This document shows, piece by piece, positions 25,701 to 37,700 of a stretch of DNA of 63,193 bases. The DNA lies in NCBI GenBank assembly GCA_036399695.1, contig DASWMP010000008.1, positions 1 through 63,193 of the forward strand, read 5' to 3'. The notes beneath the pieces are model-generated. The model made no database searches and was not told the origin of the DNA. It worked only from the letters and a program-made list of their open reading frames with translations. The stretch is from Thermoanaerobaculia bacterium. Lineage in GTDB: Bacteria; Acidobacteriota; Thermoanaerobaculia; Gp7-AA8. How positions within the stretch are numbered: position 1 is the first letter of the stretch; each line of letters opens with the position of its first letter. Both the position numbers and the translations under genes were made by a program.

Positions 25701-28700
25701 CGGTCCCATGGGTCCCATAGGGCCCATAGGTCTCTCGCGGCTCACGCTGAGCCCGAGCTTCTCCACCAGCCGCTCCGCGTGATGCTCCGCCAGGTATCGG
25801 GCAAACGCCCGCACCGTCGGGTGCTCGAAGAAGATCGTCGGCATCAACTCCAGCCCGCAGGCGCGGTTCACATGGTTGGCAAAGCCCGTCAGGCTGATCG
25901 AGTCGAACCCGAATTCGCTCAGCTCCGCGTCGAGATCGACATCCTCTTTCTTCACCTTGAGCAGCGTGCCGACGGCGTCGACGAGCCACTTTTCGATGCT
26001 CTCGCGCAGCTCCGCACGGTCGCGTGGTGCCTCGCTCCCGACGACGCGCGCCGTCTGCGGAACCGGCATCGCCGGTGCGGCCGTGCGCCCCAGCAGCTTC
26101 TCCACAAGCTTCGCGCCGTGCGTCTTCGCCAGATGAGCGGCGAAGGCGCGCACGGTCGGATGCTCGAAGAACACCGTCGGCATCAGCGCAAGGCCGAAGG
26201 CCTGATTGACGTGGTTGGCCAGGCCGGTGAGGCTGATGGAGTCGAACCCGAACTCGCTCAGCTCCGCGTCGGGATCGACGTCCTCTCTCTTTACCTTGAG
26301 CAGCAGGACGACGGCTTCGGCGAGCCAGCTTTCGATCTTGGGCAGTAGCGCTGCTTCGTTAGGCGCACCGCTCTGCGCAGGGGCGGGGGCGATGGTACCG
26401 ATGGGACTGACAGGACTGATAGGACCCATGGGAAGAGACGCGGTGACGGGCGCGGTCACCGGCACGGTCGCACGACGTTTGTGCCGGATCACGCCGTTGC
26501 TTTCCGCGATGATGATCTGCTGCCCCAACCCGTACGCGCCATGCGCGGGGAAGGAGACGTGGCCGAAGCCTTCCTCCTCCAGCACTGCTTTCCAGCTCGT
26601 GTCCGTGAGGCCGGGGCTGCCTTCGATGCGCAGCTCCGGATCGGCGTAGGCCCACCAGCCTTCCAGCAGCCCGAAAGTGAGGTGCATGAAGGCGCTGTTG
26701 GTGCTGATCTCGTTCAGCACGAGGATGCCGTTCTTCTTCAGCGCCGCTTTCGCATTGCGCAGCGTGTCGCGCATGCGCTGCGTGGCGTGCAGCACGTTCG
26801 CGGCGAGGACGACGTCGTACGCACCACGCTCGACGCCCTGCTCATCGAGGCTCTTCTCCACGTCCACCACGGCGTAGCGCAGGTAGTCACGTCCGGCGCC
26901 GTAAGCGTTCTCGCCATGCACGAGGAACCACTTGGAGACGTCGCTGTAGCAGTACTCCCGGACGTGCGGGCGATAGTCGTCCAGCTTGCGCAGGAGCCCT
27001 TCGCTGCTCCCGCCGGTGCCGGCGCCCAGCTCCAGCAGACGCAGATTGAGAGAGGCGTCCTCGCGGGCGCCACGCTCCTCGACGTACCAGCCAACGACGT
27101 CGGCCATCACGCCGTTGAAGTAGTCGGCCACGCTGTTGTTCTTGTAGACCGCGCCCACGAGGTCCAGCGAGGAGCTCGGGAAGATGACGTCCGTTGCCCG
27201 CCGCTCGCCGCGCAGGATGGGCCGGAGGCTGCGCATCGTGGCGTCGACCAGCTTCACGTGAGCCTGCATGCCGGGGTGGGCTTCGGACCAGCGCCCCGTT
27301 TCCTGCTCCCACTCGCGCCAGAGTTGTCCGGCGTCCGCTGTTGCATCGAGCGAAGCGCCGTGTGCGGCGAGGAGGCGCAGGGTCTCTTGCGTCCAGCGCT
27401 CGTAGGCGCTGATGATGCCGGCCGGTGTTGCGGCGACCGCGCCGGCGGGATTGCTTCCGAGGGTGGCCATCTCCGCCGCCAGCAGCTTCACCAGCATGGC
27501 GTCGAGCTCCTGGCGCTCCTGCTGCCACGACGGCGGCCATTCGCGCACGTCGCGTTCCGCCAGCAGCGTGGCGGAGACGGAGGGCGCGTCCTGGCGGGCG
27601 ACCGTCAGGGCCTCCCCTTCCGACACGCCGAGTGCCCGCAACGCTTCCGGTCCGTTCGTCCGGAGCAGGCCGGCCCGATCGAGCGGTCCGCTCAGAAGCT
27701 GCTCCAGGCCGGCCATCGCTTCTTCGGCCTCGAGCGAGCCCCAGCCCATGCGGGCCATCCGCTCCTGATGCTCGGGCGCCGCCACGACGCCGACGCTCCC
27801 CCAGTAGCCCCACTGCATGACCTTCACCGGATACGCCGCCGTGGCCGACTGCCAGTCGGCAAAGGCATCGGTGAACGTGCAGCCGGCGGCGTAGTTGCTC
27901 TGCCCCGGCGCCTTGAGGAAGCTCTGCAACGAGGAGAAGTAGAGGACGAAGTCGAGCGGGTCCTGGCCGAACACCTGCGCCAGACGGACCGAGACGTCCA
28001 CCTTGGCGGCGAGCGCCGCACGGAACTGCTCTTCGGTCATGTTCGCCAGGCTTTTGTCGATGAGGACGATCGCCGAGTGGATGACGCCGTCGATGCGGTT
28101 GTAACGCTCCAGGATCAGCTCGCGCGCCCGCTCCAGCTCCTCGCGGCTCGTCGCATCCGCCGCGATGTAGAACGGACGTTCGCCACGTCCGCGCACGACC
28201 CGTTCCTGCGCCGCGGCGATGGAGGCGTCCTTCTCCCGCCGCCCGATCCAGGCCACGCGCGCGTCGTAGTTGGCGATGAGGTACTCGCTGAGGACTTCGC
28301 CCACGCCACCGGCGCCGCCGATCACGACGTACGCCCCTTCGGGCCTGAACTTCGGCTGGGGAGCCGGCGCCGAGGCGCATTCCACCAGCAGCTCGCGATA
28401 CCACTGGCCGTCGCGATGGGCCCAGCCGTCGCCGCGCGCATCGAACGGCAACCGCGCGACGTCCGTCCACGGCACATCGCCGTCGACGTCGACGAGCCGC
28501 ACGTTCCAGTTCCGGTACTCCTTGGCCATCGACCCGAGCAGCCCGCGCACGCTGGCGTGGGCCGGGTCGATCGCCTCGCCGCGACGGACCTGCTGCGTCG
28601 CGTTCGTGATGACCGTCCAGGCCAGCTCGCCGGCGCCGTAGCCGTCGCGCAGCAGCGCCTTGATCAGGCGGAACCCGAAGAGCACGCCGTGCTCCTGGGC

Positions 28701-31700
28701 GCGAATGAAACTCTCCGCGTCACCCGCGGAGGTGGGCGGCAGAATCCAGCACAGATGATCGATGCGCGTGCCCTGCAATTGCGCGGCAATTTCGTCGATG
28801 GTGGCGGAGCCATCGATGTTGATGAGCTCCGCGCCCGCAATCCCGGCACGCCCGCCGATGACCACCACCCGCTCGCCGGAGAGGGACTCGGTGAATTCGG
28901 GCTGCACGGCGTTCCAGACCGCCGCCAGCGTGACGGCGCCGCCGGTGGCCACGGGGAACGATGGGACCAATGGGACAGATGGGGTTCTCACAGGTCCGAT
29001 CTGTCCGACAGGTGCCATTGGTTGCATCGTTGCCTTTGCCCCCGCCTCGACACCACGCCGCTCCCGCGCCCGTGCCGCAAACCCTTTCACACGGACGCAC
29101 AAACGTCCCTGCGCATCACAGATATCCACGTCGATCTTCACGACGCGGTCACGCTGATGGCTGCCCGGCGCGAAGCGCACCCAGGCCATCATGTCCCCGG
29201 CGCATCGGGAAACGATCTGCACCGACTCGAGCGCGAAGGGCAGCCGCAGCTCGGAGGCGGACCAGCCGTCGATCAGGCCGAGGCTCCCCTGCAGCGCGCT
29301 GTCCATCATGCTGGGGTGAAGGACGTACTCGGCCGCGCTCTCGCGCACCTTTTCCGGCAACGTCAGGTGCGCCAGCAGCTCGTTCTGCCCGAGGTTGAGA
29401 CTCCTGATTCCACGGAAGGAAGGGCCGAGCATCAGCCCCTTCTGCGCGAACGCTTCATAGATGTTATCGGCGCGCACCGTGCCCTGCTGCATCCGCTGCT
29501 GGAGTCCGGCGACGTCGAGCAGTTCCGGCGCTGATTCAGGGCGCCACGCGGCGCGGCCCTGACAGTGGACGACGTCCGTGTCCCCGCCGTGGCTGTAGAT
29601 CTCGTATTCGATCTCCCCCTCTTCGTTCTCCGACAGAGCGATGCTGACCTCCGTCTCCGCCGTGACGACGAGCGGTTGCGACCAGACGTTGTTGACCAGC
29701 TCCAGGACGGACGCTTCGGGCCGGACCGGCGTGGCCTGCTCGATTGCCGCACGAGCCATCTCCAGGTACGCCACCCCGGGCAGCACCCGCTCCGCGCCGC
29801 AGCCGTCGGCCGCCACGCGATGATCGACGAGGAAGAACTCCTCACCGGTCAGTGTCGAGCCATACCGCTGGACGTCGAGGTCCGACGTATTGCGGTGGAG
29901 CAAGGGATGGAGCATCGCCGGCGCCGCCCCAGCGTGCACCGCCGTCACCGTGGACGGCGCGGTGTCGAGCCAGTAGCGGTCGCGGGCAAACGGATACGCC
30001 GGCAGCGGCAGGCAGCGGTACCGCCGGTCGCCATACAGCGGCGCCCAATCGATCTCCAGCCCCTCCGTCCACGCTTCGGCGATGCGCGCGAGACTCTGTT
30101 CCTTCCACCAGCTCGCGATGACTTCCACGCCCGGCGCGGAGGTCCGGTTGCCGCCTTTGCCGCGCACCGCGACACGTCCGCGACGGGAGTTCTCCGGCTG
30201 CTTGCCGTCGAGGATCGCGGCGAGCGCCGTCCGCAGCTCCTTCATGCTGCTGGCCACGACCGCGAGGCGCTCGCGCATCGCCTCACGCCCGGCCTGCAGC
30301 GTGTAGGCGATGTCGTGCAGTTGGTCCGCGCTCACCGCGCCGAGATAGCTCTCGAAGTTGCGGACCAGCGCGAGCAGGCGGTTCTCGGTACGGGCAGAGA
30401 AGACGAAGAGTGCAGGGCGGGCCGCGTCGTAATCGCGGCTCAATGCCGGAGCGGGGCTGCCCGCGTATTCCTCGAGGATCACGTGCGCGTTCGAGCCACC
30501 GGCGCCGAACGAGCTCACACCCGCGCGGCGGGGAAGCTGCGCGGGACGCGGCCAGGGCGCGAGCTCGCGCTGCACCTGGAAGCGGCTGCGCTGGAAGTCG
30601 ATGTTCGGATTCAGTTGCTCCGTATGCAGCGTCGGCGCAAGTTGCCCATGCTGCATCTGCAGGATGACTTTGACGATCGAGGCGACGCCAGCCGCCGCTT
30701 CGAGGTGCCCGATGTTCGACTTGATCGAACCGATGGCGCACTCGCGGCTGTCGTCGCCGCCGAGTCCGAGCGCCTTTTCCAGCCCCGCAAGTTCGATCGG
30801 ATCGCCGAGCGACGTGCCCGTGCCGTGTCCGTCGATGTAGGAGATGGTTCGCGGGTCGACGCCGCCGCGCTTCAATGCTTCGGCGATGACGTTCCCCTGC
30901 GCCTTCGGGCTCGGCACCGTGTAGCCGTTGGTCCGGCCGCCATGGTTGATGGCCGAGCCTTTGATCACCGCCAGGATGGAATCGCCGTCGGCAACCGCGC
31001 CGGCGAGAGGCTTGAGCAGCAGCGAGCAGACGCCTTCTCCCGGCACGTAGCCGTCGCCCCCCGCACCGTAGCTGCGGCAGCGGCCATCCGTCGAGAGGAA
31101 GCGCCCCCGCGACAGGAAGAGATACTTGCTGTTGGTGAGCGACAGGTTCACGCCGGCGACGATCGCGGACTGGCTTTCCCCTTCGCGGATGCTCTGACAG
31201 GCCACGTGCAGCGCGGTCAACGACGACGAGCACGCCGTGTCGATGGCCATGCTCGGCCCGGCCAGATCGAGGTAATACGAGATGCGGTTCGGGATGCTGT
31301 AGAGCAGGCTGCTCGGCGCGATGGGCGTGCCCGAGAGAGTGGCCTCGACGCCCGCGCTTTCGTACGGCTGCCAGAGCGCGCCGACGAACACGCCGACACG
31401 GCCGCCAGCCAGCGTCCGCAGGCGGTTCGGTGTGTAGCCGGCCCGCTCGAGCATCTCCCATACGACCTCGAGGAGCAGCCGTTCCTGCGGATCGATCAGC
31501 TCCGCCTCACGCGGCGAGATGTTGAAGAAGCCGGCGTCGAAGCGGTCGACGTCGTCGATGAAGCCGCCCCATTTGCCATAGATGCCGTTCTGTTCCGGAT
31601 CGGCGTCGTAGTACTTGCGGTAGTCGAAACGGCCGGCCGGGATCTCGGTGATGCAGTCGCGCCCTTCGCGGAGCACGTCCCACAGCTCGTCGAGGTTGCG

Positions 31701-34700
31701 CGCGCCGGGGAAGCGGCCCGCCGCGCTGACGATGGCGATGTCGTCCTGGTTCTGGCGAGCGCTGCTCACAGCTTCCGGAGCGCGTGCGCCGTCATGTTGT
31801 TCGGGCTCGCTCTGCGTCGCGACCACGCGCCGTTCGCTCACCGGTACGGCCGGCAGCGCCGCCAGCAGCTTCTCGCGATGCATGTCCAGGAAGTAGGCGC
31901 TCAGTTCGTCGATCGTCCGGTACTCGAAGAACAGCGTCTTGGACAGCGGCCCGAAGACGTGCTCGAAGATCTCGTTCAGCTCCACGACCATCACGGAGTT
32001 GACGCCGTACTGGTCGAAGCCCGTCTGGACGTCGAGCTCCCCCTCGGCGACGCCGATCGACGGCGCGATGAGGGACCGGAAGTAGGCACGCGCGCGGTCG
32101 TCGAGCTGTTCACCTGCTCCCATAGGTTCCATAGGTCCCATAGGTCCCATGGCGGGCTGAGCGACGGGCGTGATCTCGGCTGCCGGCGCCGGCTTCTCCG
32201 CGCCACGGGTCAGCACGTCCGCGTGATGCAGGACGAAGTAGCCGGCCAGCTCGGTGATGTTCCGGTATTCGAAGAAGAGCGTCTTCGGGAGCGGCCCGAA
32301 CACCTCTTCGAAGCTCTGGTTCAGCTCGACCACCATCACCGAGGTGACCCCGTAGTCGTCGAACTGAACGGAGAAGTCGATCTCGTCGGCCGCTAAGCCA
32401 ATCGGACCGGCCACGAGCGATCGGATCAGCTCCTGAGCGGCGGTGGCCAGCACTCCCTCTGCCAGCGGAGTCCGGGACGCGCTCTGCACCACTCTCGCTC
32501 CATGTGCCGCGGCGGCGCCCTGCTTCAGCGCGCGGATGGCGAAGCCGGTCAGGCGGACGACGACCTCACCGTCCATCCGGCAGACGTCGAGATCGAACTT
32601 CCTCATCTCCTCATTGCGGAGGTTGGCGGGCCGGGGCCGGCAATAGACGTAGCACTCGGCCGGAATTGGCGCGAGCACCTCGAGGTCGTCCATGCCGATC
32701 GGTACGTACCAGCGGTCGTTGCCGCTGCTCCGCTTGTTGCTGACGAGCGCCGTCTGGAACGCACCGGTCAGCAGCGCGGGATGCAGCACGTAATCGTCGA
32801 TCGTCCCGGCGACCTCCGCCGGCAGTACCAGCTTCCCCAGCGCCTCGGTATCGCTGAGCGAGATCTGCTGCATCGGCTGGAACGTCGTGCCGACGATGAG
32901 CCCCTCACCGCGGATCTGCCCGTAAACCTGCGCCGGATAGCGGGTCTCGTCACAACGCGCGGTCACGACGGCTACGTCGATCCGCGAATCGGCCGCCTTT
33001 GCCGGGTCGCCGGGCGTGACTTGCCCCATCGCGTGCAGGCGCTTCTCCCCGTCCGGCCCGAAGCTCACGACTTCATACGCGAGCTGATCGTCCTTTTTCG
33101 TGATCTGCACGTGCGCGCTGAAGTCTTCGGCCGGCGACGAGAGCGGGCTGGCCCAGTAGTTGTGCGTCAGCCTCCTGGCCACGCCGGTGCCGAGCACGAG
33201 ATCGGCCGCCTGCCGCGCCATCTCCACGTAGCAGGCGCCGGGCATGTTGTACTGCCCGTCGACGACGTGGTCGCGCAGGTAGAACTCGGCGGTCTTGAAG
33301 ACGCGGCTGAACCGGAGCTGCTGCCGGTCCGAGCGGTCGACGTCGATGAGGGAGCGGTTCCACCGCGCCACATCGCCGTTCGCTGCGACCGGCTCCGCTT
33401 TCCCGATGGCAATGAGGTGCGCGGCGAGCTTGTCGACGGTGTCGAGATCGAAGAAGAGCGTCGGCTTCAGATCGGCGCCGAAGTGCTTGTTGACGTCGTT
33501 GGTGACGCCGAGGAGCGCCGCGGAATCGAGACCGAGCTCACCGAGCGTGCGTCCGCCGGCGATGGCGTTGGGTGCGAGTCCCAGGTATCCGGCGAAGATC
33601 GTCTTGAGCTCGCGCTGAAGCCGGGCGAGCGGAGCTTCGGCCTCGGGTTGCGCCTGTGCTACGCGCACCGGCTGGTCGAGCCCGAGGCAACGTTCGATCT
33701 TTGCTTTGTCTCCGTCGAGGGCGATGAGCTGGTGCGTCTCGGGGAACGTCTGCTTCGCGAGCGCCAGTGCGGTCTCGAAGATGGCCACCCCGTCCGCGGT
33801 CGGCAGCGGCTTCATGCCGAAGACGCGCAGCAGATGGCGCTCCTCTTCGGCAGTCACGCGCATGCCACCCTGCGCCCACAGCGGCCAGTTGATCGCCAGG
33901 CTCACGCCTGAGCGGCGCTGCTCCGCCGCCAGCTCGTTCCGCACTTGCGTGAAGCTGTCGAGGAAGCTGTTCGCGGAGGCGTAATCGGACTGTCCCTGGT
34001 TGGGCATCACCGCGGCGATGGACGAGAAGACGACGAAGAAATCGAGCGGCTCGTCGCGCGTGAGGTCATCGAGGTTCAGCGCGCCCTCGATCTTCGGGGC
34101 GAGCACGCGCGCGAACGAGTCGTGCTGCTTGCGCAGGATGAACGCATCCTCGATGACGCCCGCCGCGTGAATGACACCGTCGATGGCGGGATGGACGGTC
34201 TTGATCTCCGCGAGCACGGCGGCGAGGGCGTCGCGATCGGTGATGTCGACGCTGAAGTAGTGACACTTGCCGCCGGCGCTCTCGATGTCGGCGATCTTCG
34301 CGGCGATCGCGTCAGTCATCGCGCTGCGGCCGAGCCAGAGGACCGTGGCGCCGTACGTCGACGCGAGATGCCGTGTGAAGACGGAGCCGAGGCCGCCGTT
34401 GCCGCCCGCGACGACGTAGACGCCCTTGCGCTTCAACAGCGGGGCCGCGGCATCGCCACCCTGAGCCGCCTCATGAACGATCCGGCGCACGTGACGTTCT
34501 CCACCGCGATACAGCACCTCGCGCAGCGCCGGCGCGTCCGCGGCCGCGGCCAACTCCAGCGACACGGTGCGAGCCAGCTCGTCGGCGGAGAGACCGTCGA
34601 CGCCAAGCGTCACGTAATCGAAGTTCGGGTTCTCGTACTTGAGCGTCCTGGCGAAGCCGCCGACCGTCGCATGGACCGCGCGGGTGAAGTCGTGTCCGAG

Positions 34701-37700
34701 CGGATGCACATAGACGAACTGCACGCGCTCGCGCAGCTTCGCCTTCAGCGCGGCCTGCGTCAGATACAGCACGCTGAAGATCGTGGCGTCCAGCGCGGCC
34801 GAAGCGTCGCCGGCGCCCCCGGCGTTCATGCCCCAGAGATGCGCGATGCGCGAGACCGAAATGCCCTGTGCTGCGAGCTCCTGCAGCAGACGCTCATAGC
34901 CGGCACGGTCGCGCGGATCGAGCTCGTAGACCGCGGGCTCCAGCTCGGTGGAACCGCTGACCTCATCGGTCCTGGCTGTCCCATTGGTCCCATTGGTCCC
35001 ATACGCCGCAGGCGGCCGCACGAGGACAACCCTTTCGTAACCGCCGCAACGCGCGAAACTCTCGGCGGTCTCTACGTCCTGCGCGAAGAGCACCAGCGTC
35101 TTTGCCGCGACGCCCGGCTGCGCGGCCGGATCGCTCCGCGTCCACACCGGCCGGTAGTAGATGTCGCCTCGGCGTTCGGCCGGCGCTGTCGCCGGCCGCT
35201 CGGCGAGCGGACGCTTCTGAAAGTTCCGGAGCTCCACCAGCACGTTGCCGTTTGCGTCGACGAGCGTGGCGTCGAACGCGGTGCCGTTCCCGTCCGGCGA
35301 GCCGGCGGTGCTGACGGTGGCGTGGACGAAGCAGCGCTCTTCGACAGCCTTGAACACCTCGGCCGTCTCCAGGAAAAAGGGCACGAACTGGCGTCCCTGG
35401 CGCCGCAGCCCCAGAAGGGTCAGCGCCGTCACGGCCTGAAAGACGCCATCCATGATGCTGGGATGCAGGACGTAGCCTTGCGCGTCTCCGCGCAGCGCGT
35501 CGGGCAGCGTGACTTCGGCGAGGATCTCCCGGTCGTTGTGCACGCACTCGTCGAGCACCTGAAACGTGCTCCCGTACGCGAGCCCGTGCCGCTCGAACAG
35601 CGCGTAGAGATCGGTCTTCGCACCGCGGCTGCTGCACCTCGCCCGCACCGCGGCGAGGTCCACGGTACGGCGCCGGCCCGGCTCCGCGGGACGGACCGCG
35701 ACCACACCCTTGCTGTGGACCGTCTGACCCTGGACCAGCTCGAAGCTCACCTTGTCCTGCTGCGGGGTCAGCCGGAGCTCCACCTGAACGTCTCCAGCCT
35801 CGATCACGACCGGGGCGATCCAGTAGACGTTCTCGAGCACCTGCACGCCGTTGCCCAGCTTCGTCGCGGCCGCGGCCCGCGCGAGCTCCAGGTGCATCAC
35901 ACCCGGGAGCATCGGCCTGTGCTGCACCACATGGTCGCGGATGAAGAAATCGGCCCGACGCAGCACGACTGACGTAGCGCCTGGCGCCGGCTCGTGTTTG
36001 ACGGGCTCCGGCACGATCGCCTTCGACGGCCGCGCACCACCCGCTTCAGTAAACCAGCAGCGCTTCCGCGCGAACGGATAGGTGGGCAGCGGCAACCGCC
36101 GTGCCGGCGACGCCGCGTCAGTCCAGTCGATCGCCTCACCCTGCACCCAGCGCGTCGCCAGAGACGCGTCAGGTGTCTGCCGATCGCCGGAAGCGTGCAG
36201 CACGATTCCCGGCTTCGTCCCTTCACCGCCGGCGACGTAGCCCCGCAGGGTCTCGGCGACCTCCTCGATGGATGACGCGACCACCGCCAGCCGTTCGTCG
36301 AACGCATCCCTGCCGCTCTGCAGTGTGTACGCGACGTCGCGCGGGGAAAGACGTGCGGCACTGTCGCCGTGCTCGCGCGCCGCGAAATAGTCGGCCATCG
36401 ACGCCGCGTACGCGTGCAGCCGCCCCTTCTTCGCGGACAGCGGGAAGACGTAAGGCCGTTCCTCGGTCTCCGGATCGGCGGCCACAATCGGCGCTTCTTC
36501 GAGCACGACGTGCGCGTTGACGCCGCCCATGCCGAAGGAGCTGACGCCGGCTCTTCTCGGCGCTTCACTCGTGTCCCACGGCGCCGCATCCACGGCGACG
36601 TAGAACGGGCTGCCGTCCAGCTCGATGTAGGGATTGATGCGGTCGAAGCTCCGGACCGGCGGGATCGTCCGGTGCTTGAGCGCCATGACGACCTTCACGA
36701 TGCCGGCGACGCCCGACGCGCTTTCCAGATGGCCGACGTTCGTCTTCACCGCGCTCAGCGCGCACCGCCGCGTGTCGTCGCCGGCCTGCAGCGGGAGCTC
36801 CCGCACCAGTTCGGCGAACGCCTTCTTCAGACCATTGATCTCGATCGGGTCGCCCAGCGGCGTCCCCGTGCCGTGCGTCTCGATGTAGCCGATGGAGCGA
36901 GGATCGATCCCGGCACGACGCCACGCCTCACGCACCACCGCCGCCTGGGCGTCGGTACTCGGAGCGGTGAGGAAGTTGGACCGGCCGCCATGATTGATGG
37001 CCGAGCTCCTGATGACCGCGTGGATGTGGTCGCGGTCGCGCACGGCGTGGTCGAGCCGCTTGATGAACAGCACCCCGACACCTTCGCTGCGCACGTAACC
37101 GTTGGCCGAGGCACTGAAAGTGTTGCACCGTCCGTCCGGCGAAAGCATCCCGGACTTGCTGTGCGAAATGAACATGGTCGGCGTCAGCAGGGTGTTCACC
37201 CCGCCGACGATGGCCGCCTCACACTCGCCGGTGGTGATGTCGCGGATGGCGTTGTGCAATGCGACGAGACTGCTGGAGCAGGCCGTGTCCACCGCCTCAC
37301 TCCGTCCCCGCAGGTTGAAGAGATACGACACACGGTTCGCCAGGATCGAATGCACGGTGCCGGTGGAGATGTACGGCGCGATGTCGTGCCGGCTCTCTCG
37401 CATCAATTCGCTGTAGTCGTTTTTCGACACGCCGGCATACACGCCGATCGTCCGGCCCGACAGGCTGGCCACGCTGTAACCGGCATCTTCGACGGCATGC
37501 CACGCGGTCTCCAGAAAGAGGCGATGCTGCGGGTCGATGAACGCCGCTTCGTTGGGCGCGATGCCGAAGAAGAGCGGATCGAATTTGTCGACGTCGTCGA
37601 TGAACCCGCCCCACTTGACGTTGGTCTTGTTGGCCTCGACACGCGGGTCGCCGAAGTAGCGCCGCCAGTCCCACCGGTCGGCCGGAACCTCACGGATGGA

